64,000 nucleotides of DNA, taken from the IMG/VR virus record IMGVR_UViG_3300027320_000003, positions 6,192 through 70,191 of that record. The stretch is one strand, 5' to 3'. Made by a program: the position numbers and the translations under genes. Origin of the DNA: a virus (taxonomy: Duplodnaviria; Heunggongvirae; Uroviricota; Caudoviricetes). The notes below the pieces were generated by a model, which made no database searches, was not told the origin of the DNA, and worked only from the letters and a program-made list of their open reading frames with translations. Shown piece by piece: positions 36,180-46,759 of the stretch. The first letter of the stretch is position 1, and every line of letters starts with the position of its first letter.

Positions 36180-36203
36180 TAGCCCAATCAACCGATTGGG
36201 CTA
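36180..36203. terminator. Bidirectional intrinsic terminator-like hairpin between convergent genes
   Basis: TAGCCCAATC-AACC-GATTGGGCTA, A-run 5', T-rich 3'. Confidence 0.65.
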
Positions 36204-36227
36204 CTATTCGCCGTGGAGGAGCAGAAA

Positions 36228-36641
36228 TTAACGTAGGATTGAAGGATAGCTAGTATCTTCACGATCAAAGGATTCAGTTGCCCATGCATTGTTTGAATTA
36301 AACAACAGGGTAACTTGTCCTTTATTCAGAGTACCACGAACCTCTAGGAAGTATTTCGAGCTATTGAACGTTGTTACAATTTGACCGTTAGGTTTGATTG
36401 TGTATGTGGCAATTTGCGTGCGAGTACCGGATGATGTGATATCGTCTGTTTCGTCAATAGCGAATCCGATGTCGTTGGCCGTATCATTGAAAGCTGTCAT
36501 TGAGACTAGGTCAAGATTGGTGCTACGTCCAACAGCATTATCCTGCAGGGACGAGAAACGCATTGTACGTGATCCGATATAGACTTGTCCACGCGCACTC
36601 CAGCTACGAGGATTAGGGGATGGATAGACTGATGCATTCAT
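36228..36641 (-). CDS. Hypothetical beta-rich structural protein
   Basis: 137-aa ORF in minus-strand structural operon. Confidence 0.6.
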   Translation of the reverse strand: MNASVYPSPNPRSWSARGQVYIGSRTMRFSSLQDNAVGRSTNLDLVSMTAFNDTANDIGFAIDETDDITSSGTRTQIATYTIKPNGQIVTTFNSSKYFLEVRGTLNKGQVTLLFNSNNAWATESFDREDTSYPSILR

Positions 36642-36644
36642 GGG

Positions 36645-38153
36645 TTATGCCTTTTCCAATTCAAGTTCATCTGACTCTTCTTCCTTGCCTGTCTCTTCGT
36701 CCGAGGACTCTTCATCCTCATTTTCCTCTTCATCCTTTGGAACAGGAGGCAATTCAAGCTTCTCATCCTCGTCCTCTGGAACCGTAGGTTCAGTGGCAGT
36801 TGAGTTTAGGTCAACAAGCGCTGCAAGGAGTTCTTTAATCGACTGAAGCAACTCGAGTGCTGCATCACCCTGTTGGTCCTCTACGGCCAATGGTTCGGCT
36901 TGCACAATGTTGTCAACGACTTGAATCTCTTCTTCGAATAGTGGTTTCATATCTCTTTTTTCCTTGTAATAACTACTGCCTAAACTCTCCTGCGCCCGCG
37001 TTGGTGCTGGCGGCGGAGATCCTACTGAACTGTTACCTGCGACTGGCACTGGTGGAGGAGTCGGTGTGTGAACAGTTCCACCGATATTCTGCGGTCGCTG
37101 CTGCCGATAGGCGGCTCCACCAACGTTACCCGGACCAATTGACACTGATGGATTATTCTTAACAAGTCGTCCAAGACGGCGACTATCCTCTGGAGTTGTT
37201 CCAGGGAACTGCGAAATGGTACCAAAAATGTAGTTTCGCAGGGCCAGAAGATGTTTGCAAAGGCCTGGGCGGCTACCTGGATTGGTGATCCGTGGCGCGC
37301 GATTCAACGATTTATTTGCACTACCCTGTCCAACCTTACCGCTACCACGTTGCTTGTTGGCCCATGCCCAACGGAATTTATAGTCTGGGCAAGTGCAGTC
37401 AACTTCGCACTCAACCTTGTCTAATGGATTGTTTGGGTTGCGTGGCTTAAAGAACCGGATGTAACCCTTCTGCCGTTGACCGGTGGTGCTATCCATCGAT
37501 TTGAAATTGAAGAAATAATACATGGTGCCTTCATAGGCCTCCACGTCGAGGCTAGGACCACGGACATTATTAGCACGAAGTAACCGCTTTGGTTCACTAA
37601 CCCGGAAGAGCTCGCGGTATGAAAGGCGCTCGCAGATCAGTTTAGAAGCAATCTTGCTGGATTCACCGAGTACCGAGTCAACCGCAGTCGTCGTGTGCCA
37701 ACTGGCCAGCAACTCCTCCTTCGGAACCGGGTTGTCGCCGCAGTAGAAATCGCCACCTACGCTGGCGGGTCCGCTTGTGAGGCTGGTAAGCTGGTTGTTA
37801 GTGCAGTAGAAATTGCCGCCTACGGTGGTGGGTGCGCCTGTGAGGCTGATGAGCCCGTTGTAGTGGCAGTTGAAATCGCCACCTACGGTGGTGGGTCCGC
37901 CTGTGAGGCTAGTAAGTTTGTTGTCGTCGCAGTAGAAATCGCCACCTACGGTGGTGGGTGCGCCTGTGAGGCTAGTGAGCCGGTTGTCGTCGCAGCTGAA
38001 ATCGCCGGTTACCTTGCGGAAGCGCACTGGTAGGGCGGTTAGCCTAAGACCGCTAAAATCAACATCTCCATCAACTGAAACCGTGCCATCGTCATGGTAG
38101 GTGATTATACCTTCGATAAGCTTAAGGTATTTTGGTGGAATTTCAGCTTTCAT
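36645..38153 (-). CDS. LRR-type 22-aa repeat module + SWIM-like Zn finger + acidic tail
   Basis: LTSLTGAPTTVGGDFxCxxN repeats; CTCPDY...CKHL; E-rich C-terminus. Confidence 0.7.
   Translation of the reverse strand: MKAEIPPKYLKLIEGIITYHDDGTVSVDGDVDFSGLRLTALPVRFRKVTGDFSCDDNRLTSLTGAPTTVGGDFYCDDNKLTSLTGGPTTVGGDFNCHYNGLISLTGAPTTVGGNFYCTNNQLTSLTSGPASVGGDFYCGDNPVPKEELLASWHTTTAVDSVLGESSKIASKLICERLSYRELFRVSEPKRLLRANNVRGPSLDVEAYEGTMYYFFNFKSMDSTTGQRQKGYIRFFKPRNPNNPLDKVECEVDCTCPDYKFRWAWANKQRGSGKVGQGSANKSLNRAPRITNPGSRPGLCKHLLALRNYIFGTISQFPGTTPEDSRRLGRLVKNNPSVSIGPGNVGGAAYRQQRPQNIGGTVHTPTPPPVPVAGNSSVGSPPPAPTRAQESLGSSYYKEKRDMKPLFEEEIQVVDNIVQAEPLAVEDQQGDAALELLQSIKELLAALVDLNSTATEPTVPEDEDEKLELPPVPKDEEENEDEESSDEETGKEEESDELELEKA
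37735..38010. repeat. Tandem ~66-bp repeats (about 4 copies) encoding the LRR units
   Basis: Recurrent GCAGTAGAAATCGCCACCTACGGTGGTGGG...CCTGTGAGGCT at 66-bp period. Confidence 0.8.
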
Positions 38154-38162
38154 CTGCTATAA

Positions 38163-39614
38163 CTACGACGCAATAACCGTTACTGTTGTGTTACGGATGG
38201 TTGTCCGTGAAGGGATCTCCGAGTCTACCACCGTGAGAATTACTGAGTAGGTTCCAGGGCTAACGGACGATAGCGTACGGTTGATTTGAACCACACCCTT
38301 TCCAGTAGCCAATGTTCCAGACTCAACGTAGCCATCCCAGAACTGCCACGAGTAATCAATAGAACGGCCATGCGTATCATATACACCGGCCTGAAGGATA
38401 ACCTCGTCGTTCTGTCCAATCGTTAAGTCGTGGCTCTGAATAAAACGGAGTGGAGATTCAAACGTTAGCGCCTCACCGGAGGCCTGCAGGACGTAGGTTT
38501 TACCGGCGTTGCTTAGCCCAGACTTAATTCGAGTAGATGCTCCAGAGACTAGATCGGTGCTCTCGCTTAGGGTTACGCTGCGCGGCCAGTATAATTGAAA
38601 GCTAACACGCTGACCGACAGTTGCCGTCCAATTGTTGACGACGCACTCGGTGAGCGTAATTTGGCAAACTCCAGATCCAATCGTCTTCGTCAGAATCGTA
38701 CCGTCTATTGAGGCCAACCCGAGCGATAGTCGTAGCTTGCGATCCGTAAGGTATACCTCACTGAGATAATCCGTGGCATCAACCAGCTGCGCACCAGCAT
38801 AGAGTTGCACATTGATCGACAGGTACACCACTCCGAAGGAGGTGATAACCACATTGAATTGCCCAGCCGAAATCAACGGTTGATAGTCAGAGGCCAGTAC
38901 CGTCGTTCTAGCATCGTAGAGACCGTTGGTTCGTTCATCGGTTTGGCCAACCAGCGCTACTCGCATTGGTGAGGCTGGTAATAACCTGGAGAGAACTACC
39001 GCCGAGTCATCCGATAGATCTACGCCATCGACGCTTGCTACACTTCCAACCGGTGTAACGTCCGTTGTGGAGGCTACATTTGCGTCCTTAATCCAAATCG
39101 TCGGTGCCACCACCACGCGCGAGGATTCTATCGACGACACTTCGATTGGCTTTGGTGATATTCCGTAGAGGTTAAAGAAGCTCGTAGTCGTTGCACCTGT
39201 TGCACTAGCGGCAATAACTTCAAAACGAATAACAGGCCTATCAACCACGATCGAGATACTGCCGGCGGTTGAATACGTAACTCCGTCAATTTTCCATGTC
39301 GTGGAGACGACAGCCACTGAGTTGTCAAATTCAGCAGACAGGAGTGACGAGTATGGAATAACCTCCCAGTTTCTGGTTGGAACAATTCCAGTGAAAATTG
39401 GAACTGGACTCACCGAGATGTTAAAGCTCTCTGACGCACTAGAGCCGTCCGGTTGAACAGCGACTACCGTATATGATAGCGAGCCAGACCGGGTGAGTGT
39501 CTTCTCCGTGACAGGGATGTTAGTTGTCTTATTCTGTCCATCCCAAAAGCTCCATACATAGACCGCGCCAGCAACGGTAGTAGCTGTTAATGTTACGGTA
39601 TCACCGACGTTCAT
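38163..39614 (-). CDS. Virion structural protein with PKD/Ig-like domains
   Basis: YVWSFWDG and YSWQFWDG...PGTYSVILTV PKD-type motifs; beta-rich. Confidence 0.65.
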   Translation of the reverse strand: MNVGDTVTLTATTVAGAVYVWSFWDGQNKTTNIPVTEKTLTRSGSLSYTVVAVQPDGSSASESFNISVSPVPIFTGIVPTRNWEVIPYSSLLSAEFDNSVAVVSTTWKIDGVTYSTAGSISIVVDRPVIRFEVIAASATGATTTSFFNLYGISPKPIEVSSIESSRVVVAPTIWIKDANVASTTDVTPVGSVASVDGVDLSDDSAVVLSRLLPASPMRVALVGQTDERTNGLYDARTTVLASDYQPLISAGQFNVVITSFGVVYLSINVQLYAGAQLVDATDYLSEVYLTDRKLRLSLGLASIDGTILTKTIGSGVCQITLTECVVNNWTATVGQRVSFQLYWPRSVTLSESTDLVSGASTRIKSGLSNAGKTYVLQASGEALTFESPLRFIQSHDLTIGQNDEVILQAGVYDTHGRSIDYSWQFWDGYVESGTLATGKGVVQINRTLSSVSPGTYSVILTVVDSEIPSRTTIRNTTVTVIAS

Positions 39615-42600
39615 GAGAGCTCCAAGGAATTTTGTTTTTCATTCGTACTCATGGTTAACAACAGCGCTGTCGGAGATTTGCTTGAATTAAAATTTTGTTC
39701 AGCGTACAAGGTTGACTCGTGATTTGATTCAACATTGCCATCCAAATCCCACTGGCTGCGCCATCCGCCAGGTACAGCTGAGTCATAACCAGCGTCAGGG
39801 TCAATAACCTGGCTTGCTCGAACAGGGTTGTAATCAATCTTATAGATCACTGCCTTGCGTTGGTTTACTTTGATCCCGTGCAACAGCAGGGTACGTCGCT
39901 CCACTCCATTAATGCGCAGCGAATTGCTCCAGTAGATATTGGTTGTCCACGAGCCACCAGTTGACCCACCGATGGTGACGTCAAATCGGTAAACAGTACG
40001 TCTAAGAGAAATCATGAACGACGCTTGGGTTGACGCACCACCAACCACGACGTCTGTAACCTGCGCATCCATACCATCGATAGTTGGTAACTCCCTAAAT
40101 CCAACCTGCAACCAGCGGTAGGTGTATGGTCCACCAAGACGATTATTACCGATGAGTTCAAGTCCGCCTGCCTCCACCACCGCTGGCATCGAGTTAAGCC
40201 GTGTTAGGAGTTCAAGACCGGAGATGTTTGCGTCATACGCTTGACTTCTATCCGTCTTCCATGAGAAGATGAAACTCTGATTGCCATCGCGTAGGGCCGT
40301 CTTAGTTACCACATGGTTACTGTCGATTGTTACCTCGAGATTAAATCCAAAGAAATCTTCGTCTGGAGTGCCGTACAACGATAGGTCAAGCTCAACAACG
40401 TATCTACCGGGCGATAAGATTCCAGTACCTGCGATGGAGATATTCCCAGATGTGTCGCGTGCCACGGCTCCGAGCGCTAATCCAACGGTGGTTGGATTAA
40501 TCCAGATGCTTGAATTGTTTGCGACGGAGGCGTCATTTAGCGTTAAACTCTGCTTTCCAACATACTCTCCATAGAGGAATACCGGTGGAGGCGTGGTGGC
40601 TAGTGCTGCTCCATCACCAACAACAGGTGTGCCAGAGGACTCTGTGACAACGAGGCTGCCTGAGGTGTCACCGAGAATCGTGGTACCAATGCTTCTATAC
40701 TCCTTCAATTGGAGACTCTGTGCAGCACTTGGCGACAACCAGCGAAGACTACCGCTGTCATTTTGAACCGCGGCCCGTTCAGCATAGAGATATGGAATAG
40801 GGTCGGTAGTTACGCCGATCGCGTATACAACATCACCCTGTTTGTGGTAAACACGTCGGCGAATTGGGTTGGTTGCTCCAACCGCGTAGGTGCCAAGAGA
40901 ACCAGGAACGTATTGCCATACGTCGTTATCGTAGAACCAGGATCCCTCGTTGTCCTCGTCAAGACCACCAAAATACCAGCTACTCTCAGCCTGTAGTAAT
41001 GCCAGCGTAGAGACCGCCGGTGTAGGAAATGCTTGGGTTGACTCAACCGGTATTCCTGGCCAATTGTAGGTGTTACGCTTATAACCAGAGACACTGGAGT
41101 TCCGCCACTTTAGGCTTGACTCTGGATAGACGGAGGAAATGGTGCAGGTGTTCTCCGCCCACCCGCCATCAACCTGCAGACCATCAACCATCCCAAGTGT
41201 GCGGCTCTCCGCTCGCACCGGTCCATCGCCAAGTCCAACGCGTTCAGAGTCATCGTGTCCAGAGAACTCGGCGATTGGGGTGTAGCGAAGTTGCTCGCCA
41301 GTAAAAATGTACCCATAATCAAAGGTGTCTAGTGATGGGTAGACGTACCCGTACGGCGTTGTTTCGAGGCGGTAACGAACACCGCCGGAGACTTCACCAA
41401 CCTCGGCGTATGCCTCGGCAATCATAATCGGTCTAACGTTTGGACGGCGAACAACGTCCATCTGGGCCGTTGTTTTTGCCACTCGCCAAATCATAAGGTC
41501 AGAGAAAAGGTTTAATCCATAGGATGTAGTGACAACCGGTGATGCCGTTTCGTCGGTGATAAGAACGCTGTTTTGAACAGGGGTGTGATCCGTGTACGCA
41601 CTGACATAACCACCGGTCTTGTAGCTCCAGGTGTGACTAACCGAGGACATCACAACGGGGTTGATTGAGATTAGGCGAAGCAGCTCTTCACCATCAGAAA
41701 CGAGAGCGCCAGCGGTTGCTCTCCACGAGGATGAGATTGGCACCCAAACGCCAGAGTTAACAGAGTAGATGTCATTCTCAATTGAGTTGGTCTGCCCGTA
41801 CGCAAGAACACGATCACCACTACCGAGTCCAACAGGTATGCCAGAGAGTGTAACATTCGATGAATACGACCGCTTTATGTCAACAGTTGAACTTACGTCA
41901 ACAGGAGAGATGGAGAGATATACGTGTTTCCAAACATCCACTGTTAGCGTTGTTGACAGCAGGTATGTGTTATCGTATTTCAACGATAGCGACGTACCGG
42001 CGAGCACCCATTCCCATTTCCCATAGGATGCAACCGTACCACTACTGGATGATAAGGTTTTTGGGCGAATCCAAAAAGCAAAAGTCCATGATGGAGTAAT
42101 TTCCTGCGGCAAATATCGTATTGCCCGCCCATCCTGCGCCGACACAACCCAACCGCGGTCCTCATCCCAAACCCGGTCACTCTCAATAACTGTGCTCTGA
42201 TAGAGACCGGAGCTAAGATCCTCGGGCGTAACCGCGTGGGTTCCAAGATCCTCAACGATAAATCCGTCATCCGGATGATCACCGAACCGCAACCAGGTGT
42301 CAAGTCCTTCCTGAAATGGTGCGGAGGTAAAACTCAGCGCGTCAGCAACTAGGGTGCGCCCGATGGCGTATGGTTTAAATCCGTCGACAGTTACTCTTTT
42401 CTCACAGATACCGCCTGCTGTGGATGTAATCAAACGTGGTCGTCGACCCTGACTATTAATCGCCAGAATTTGGGAGCTACCACCTAGACCGTCAACAGTT
42501 AGCGTTTGACTGTGCTGGACATACTCGCTATCAATATTGTCATATGAATACCCGGTGTCCATCCCGTCAAGACGAATAGGGCGGACGGTTATGATCCCAT

Positions 42601-44413
42601 CCTTTAGACCGAGGTCAGTCTCTGTCTGGCCGTCCTCTGGTCCGCATAGATACCCAACCTCTAAAATGTTTGCACCTATCACAGGTTCAACTCTAACCGT
42701 TTCATACTCTAACACCATGGCGCACAGTCTAAAACTCCAACCAGTATAATTTACACTTGGGTTAATAAAATATGAGCCAGTCTCATAATTCCACCAACCA
42801 GTAATGTCCTGTCCGACCAGGTTCACTCGTCCAGAGATAACTGGGTCACTCTCAGCTGAGACCTGGTACGTCGTAACACCATTCGTGATGTGAAAACTGG
42901 CGGTGTATGACCCAACTGGTACGTCAGTCCCATCACCGGCGACAGTCCCAGAGATTGGAACTGCGCCGAGTGACGTGATACTGACAAGCTCTGGGTAGGC
43001 TGCCCATTGTAATTGGTCAGTAACGGAGAAACCAGTGGTGAATTTTCGTACAGATCGCGTGGCTGGTCGAATGTCATCTATCTTTCCATAGACTAGTCGT
43101 CCATCCTCGTTTAGAGGATCAATATTAACCTGTCTATTAGCACCAGCGCTCTGTGAACGACCGGTGACTGCGCCCTGAGCAGTGTTCACCACTCGCGCTG
43201 GCCATAGGTCGATATCTGCTGCGGTGCTTGTTCCGCCGGTCCATGGGCGGTATGGACTAACCGAGGTTCCATCCGTGGTTAAATCTGGAGAGTTTTGAAG
43301 ATCAGGATTCGAGGCAACAACGTCGGTCCATAGTAGGGCGTATGCATCGTAATCCTGGCGATATGACAGATCAAATAGGCTGCTAAGGTATTTGATAAGG
43401 CTAAGGCTATGCGATGCTTGGATGTCAAAAGTGGTAGCACTATCGCCGGAGATAATGATTCGGAGACCGTTCATTGCTGCGCCGGTTGAAATGCTCTCAA
43501 TTGTCATCCCAGATGGAGCTCCGGCACCATTCAACGGAGAAATGCTGGCCGCGACGTTCTCATCGCCGCCGGCGAGATAATAGAAGCCATTCGCTGGTCG
43601 ACTAAGAATGCCGGTTAATACCACCTTTATGTATGGGTTATCACCATTAATCTTCAGGCTAAGATAGGATGTGCTGCTTGGCACAATGCTTAGGCCAGTT
43701 GCCGTCCATGTATACGCTGGACCATCCGCGATATCCTTTGGATTGTACGCTGGTGAATCAACAGGCATCTCAGGTTTGTCCCTGAGATCACTTGCATTGC
43801 TTTGGTCTAGTAAATCTGCCGGGTTGCGAACAGATAACCTGCTCCACAGCGGGGTGTAGACGGTGTCCGAAAAACCATGGAGTCTACCGAGGATGTCGTA
43901 GCTCTTCTCTGTTCCTTTAATCTTGAGCCGCGTGAACATGCTACGAAGCATTCGGCGTTGCGAGGCGATTCGCTCTGACTCGGTAAGCCTATCACTAACT
44001 GAAATATTTTGTCCGTAGGTCTGGGCTACGACACCCAGAATATTGGTGACGCTATCATACGCATCGTCGTAGTTCCAGCAGGCTGATCCGAATGCGTCAG
44101 CCTCAATACCGAGAGTCTGTATGGCCCAAGCGTCAAGATCATCTCCCTCAAGGTCAGGTGTGCTATCATCCGGGATAAGACTCTTAGTGATTACATTACC
44201 ATTTGATATTGAATAGGTTGCTTGAATGCTATTCTCCGCGCGCTTCAACGAGAAGTCAACGTATCCGGTCATCCCGTTAATAAGGGCGCGTAACTCATCT
44301 TCCTTATCCTGAAATGCGCTCATCACCGCCTCAACTAGGAAGCGAGAATCATCGCCTTGTGCACCCTGTGGGATTTTATTATAGATGAAATTTTCAACGA
44401 GCTGGCGAAGCAT
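39611..44413 (-). CDS. Large baseplate wedge/tail protein (gpI/gp7-like N-terminus, LamG-like domain)
   Basis: RLKIKGTEKSYDILGRLHGF; WTFAFWIRP...WKHVYL...SDLMIW; 1600 aa; GTAATTAA-N3-ATG. Confidence 0.65.
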   Translation of the reverse strand: MLRQLVENFIYNKIPQGAQGDDSRFLVEAVMSAFQDKEDELRALINGMTGYVDFSLKRAENSIQATYSISNGNVITKSLIPDDSTPDLEGDDLDAWAIQTLGIEADAFGSACWNYDDAYDSVTNILGVVAQTYGQNISVSDRLTESERIASQRRMLRSMFTRLKIKGTEKSYDILGRLHGFSDTVYTPLWSRLSVRNPADLLDQSNASDLRDKPEMPVDSPAYNPKDIADGPAYTWTATGLSIVPSSTSYLSLKINGDNPYIKVVLTGILSRPANGFYYLAGGDENVAASISPLNGAGAPSGMTIESISTGAAMNGLRIIISGDSATTFDIQASHSLSLIKYLSSLFDLSYRQDYDAYALLWTDVVASNPDLQNSPDLTTDGTSVSPYRPWTGGTSTAADIDLWPARVVNTAQGAVTGRSQSAGANRQVNIDPLNEDGRLVYGKIDDIRPATRSVRKFTTGFSVTDQLQWAAYPELVSITSLGAVPISGTVAGDGTDVPVGSYTASFHITNGVTTYQVSAESDPVISGRVNLVGQDITGWWNYETGSYFINPSVNYTGWSFRLCAMVLEYETVRVEPVIGANILEVGYLCGPEDGQTETDLGLKDGIITVRPIRLDGMDTGYSYDNIDSEYVQHSQTLTVDGLGGSSQILAINSQGRRPRLITSTAGGICEKRVTVDGFKPYAIGRTLVADALSFTSAPFQEGLDTWLRFGDHPDDGFIVEDLGTHAVTPEDLSSGLYQSTVIESDRVWDEDRGWVVSAQDGRAIRYLPQEITPSWTFAFWIRPKTLSSSSGTVASYGKWEWVLAGTSLSLKYDNTYLLSTTLTVDVWKHVYLSISPVDVSSTVDIKRSYSSNVTLSGIPVGLGSGDRVLAYGQTNSIENDIYSVNSGVWVPISSSWRATAGALVSDGEELLRLISINPVVMSSVSHTWSYKTGGYVSAYTDHTPVQNSVLITDETASPVVTTSYGLNLFSDLMIWRVAKTTAQMDVVRRPNVRPIMIAEAYAEVGEVSGGVRYRLETTPYGYVYPSLDTFDYGYIFTGEQLRYTPIAEFSGHDDSERVGLGDGPVRAESRTLGMVDGLQVDGGWAENTCTISSVYPESSLKWRNSSVSGYKRNTYNWPGIPVESTQAFPTPAVSTLALLQAESSWYFGGLDEDNEGSWFYDNDVWQYVPGSLGTYAVGATNPIRRRVYHKQGDVVYAIGVTTDPIPYLYAERAAVQNDSGSLRWLSPSAAQSLQLKEYRSIGTTILGDTSGSLVVTESSGTPVVGDGAALATTPPPVFLYGEYVGKQSLTLNDASVANNSSIWINPTTVGLALGAVARDTSGNISIAGTGILSPGRYVVELDLSLYGTPDEDFFGFNLEVTIDSNHVVTKTALRDGNQSFIFSWKTDRSQAYDANISGLELLTRLNSMPAVVEAGGLELIGNNRLGGPYTYRWLQVGFRELPTIDGMDAQVTDVVVGGASTQASFMISLRRTVYRFDVTIGGSTGGSWTTNIYWSNSLRINGVERRTLLLHGIKVNQRKAVIYKIDYNPVRASQVIDPDAGYDSAVPGGWRSQWDLDGNVESNHESTLYAEQNFNSSKSPTALLLTMSTNEKQNSLELS

Positions 44414-44500
44414 GTCTTAATTACACTTAGGCGGTGTCTACGTCCTAAGAGATTGTAAAAAAGACTATCCAAAATAACTGGACGAGTGTATTCTTAATCT

Positions 44501-44833
44501 ATGAACATAGATAATGAGTCGTGCATGGAACGCACGGTTTACCCGATACTAGTTATTAGTGGTGACACGGAGTGGAATGGATACATTGAGAAGAGTGGTG
44601 ATAGCCTGTTCTACGATAGCCTCGGTCATCGAAAACAATGGCGACCGGGTGAAATTGATAAGATACGACACATTTTGAACCTTGACATGCTTGATAGGCA
44701 GAATTGGAACATTCATCTTATACTGCCACCATCCGTGGTGAATAGCCTGTCCGGAGATTTTGTGGTTGACAGCTCCCTAATAACCGATTGGATGACATCG
44801 CACGGTGTTAATCTAGAGGCGATTAGAAGCTAG
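44501..44833 (+). CDS. Hypothetical protein
   Basis: TATTCT-N6-ATG. Confidence 0.6.
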   Translation: MNIDNESCMERTVYPILVISGDTEWNGYIEKSGDSLFYDSLGHRKQWRPGEIDKIRHILNLDMLDRQNWNIHLILPPSVVNSLSGDFVVDSSLITDWMTSHGVNLEAIRS

Positions 44834-45111
44834 CGAATCGCGGAGTCTCGCCAAATGTTCTTGCGGTTGCCAACAAGGGCGAGAAATCCGCCAAGTACAT
44901 CGGCGGATAGTTTTTTGATTACTTCTTCCGATTCGTCAGATTTAAGGCATTTCTTAACCTGGGACTGAATATACTCCTCGAGATCGTTCTTAACAACACG
45001 TTTAACGATTCTGGCTATTTCATCCTTATCCGACTTCTCAAGCGCCTCTGATACTGGAACACCAGCAAGATAGTAGGCTGAAATCTCTTTAATTGTCTCA
45101 TTTAACACCAT
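44830..45111 (-). CDS. Hypothetical helical protein
   Basis: ATACTTAG-N3-ATG. Confidence 0.6.
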   Translation of the reverse strand: MVLNETIKEISAYYLAGVPVSEALEKSDKDEIARIVKRVVKNDLEEYIQSQVKKCLKSDESEEVIKKLSADVLGGFLALVGNRKNIWRDSAIR

Positions 45112-45148
45112 AGTCTAAGTATAGATGGTGACGTGTTGTTTTTAATCC

Positions 45149-46414
45149 GTGGCGCGTGAAATTCAATTTAATTCCGGTACGGCAACCGTTCAACTCGCCT
45201 TTGAGCGTGGTGCAGGTGAAACCGGGTTGTCATCGCTCGAGGAGGTAACCCACCTACGAAGCGTGATTAAGAAGCAACTAAACGGGTATAAAACGGCGGT
45301 TCACATTGTTAAGGCCTCAAGCAAGGACTATGTAGACCGGGTTATTCTTCCGTTTCTTAAGGACCAGATCTACCCGCAGATACGGTATCGGGTTGGCATT
45401 AAGACTAAGGACAAGTTCATCTACGATAGCTGGGAGCAGCACTACGTTAAGAATTACCAGGTAATGGAGAGTCCAGACACCACGAGCGCACCAACAGTAA
45501 TTTTTACCACGGTTGATTTTATATCGGTGTTGGACACCGTGCAACGCACCTACGCCTGGTCTGGCACTCCGAGTGAAATAGTATCACAAATTTGGAAGAA
45601 ATACAACGCCACAGGCACCACCGTCATTGAACCAACCGACGGGCAAAATAAGGTCTATTACCAGTGTCAACTATCGCACCTGGACTTTATTCGAAACCGT
45701 CTCATCCCACGCAGCGCTAACAAACAGGGTGTTACGAATTACAATCTCTATATTAGCAATAACGAGTTGCACTACCACACCCCTGGGTATGGAGTAACCG
45801 AAAACCGTAAAATATATCTTAGTTGGAGCAACGGATCAGCGCCAACAGATAGGATGATTATCGTGGACAACACTGTGGATAACATCAAATCTGGCGCTGG
45901 CGGTGTTATAACACAGGTTTTTGACCCGCTAGAGGGAAACGGCAAGTATCAGAGCAGCGATTTTAGCAAGGTTCGTCCATGGGCAGTAACAAAGAACGAG
46001 GCCATTGAGTACCTCGTGTTGCGTGGGCATATCGGCCAGAACGGTGTCAGCGACGAGCGCACCATCACTCAGTATTTCTACAATGTCTCCTGGGATTACA
46101 ACTACGTTCTCAAGTTTATGGTTGGTAGCACTATTGATTTACGTATTGGCGATATTCTCGTAGCTGATGTACGCAAGAGCAAGAGTGCACCGAGTGCTTT
46201 CTCCGGCGAGTGGCATGTATTTGCACTCACAGAGACTATTGTCACCGGAAAACTCATGACCGCTGTTGAGGCACATCGAGGTGGGTATAACGGATCACGC
46301 GAGCGGTCAACACTACCAAGCAACGGATTTGAGTCAGTCTCAGGCATACCAGCAGTTAGAGGAATTGCATCAAACATTTCAACCGGTGTCACCCGCCGGG
46401 TTACCGCTCAGTAA
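45149..46414 (+). CDS. Baseplate hub / late-control D (gp27/VgrG-like)
   Basis: SEIVSQI, YYQCQLSHLDFIRNRL, LRIGDIL...FSGEWHVFALTETI pattern. Confidence 0.6.
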   Translation: MAREIQFNSGTATVQLAFERGAGETGLSSLEEVTHLRSVIKKQLNGYKTAVHIVKASSKDYVDRVILPFLKDQIYPQIRYRVGIKTKDKFIYDSWEQHYVKNYQVMESPDTTSAPTVIFTTVDFISVLDTVQRTYAWSGTPSEIVSQIWKKYNATGTTVIEPTDGQNKVYYQCQLSHLDFIRNRLIPRSANKQGVTNYNLYISNNELHYHTPGYGVTENRKIYLSWSNGSAPTDRMIIVDNTVDNIKSGAGGVITQVFDPLEGNGKYQSSDFSKVRPWAVTKNEAIEYLVLRGHIGQNGVSDERTITQYFYNVSWDYNYVLKFMVGSTIDLRIGDILVADVRKSKSAPSAFSGEWHVFALTETIVTGKLMTAVEAHRGGYNGSRERSTLPSNGFESVSGIPAVRGIASNISTGVTRRVTAQ

Positions 46415-46417
46415 CCT

Positions 46418-46759
46418 ATGAACTTCCACGATGTTATCATGTCGGCACTAGATAACGCCGTGCTCCTACCTGTATCACCAGAGGCACACCGAGTTTTTAT
46501 GGACGCGCTGATGAGGTGGTGGGAACGGACTGACCGCCGCACGAATGATAATCGAACACGGTACCTCACCATCCTGTTCTCAGACATTCTTACTGGTGCT
46601 GTCTATAACCCAAAGACCGGAAATGTCGTGCTCTCTGCTCGCGGCATGGAGGCGTACCAGTCTCTCAAGATTGGCGGATTAGACTTCAGAGCGTGGACGG
46701 ATGTCGATAAAAATTTAGCATCCGCCTTAGGGATAGAGCGTTCTGTAATTAACCTATGA
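46418..46759 (+). CDS. Hypothetical protein
   Basis: 113-aa ORF. Confidence 0.55.
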   Translation: MNFHDVIMSALDNAVLLPVSPEAHRVFMDALMRWWERTDRRTNDNRTRYLTILFSDILTGAVYNPKTGNVVLSARGMEAYQSLKIGGLDFRAWTDVDKNLASALGIERSVINL

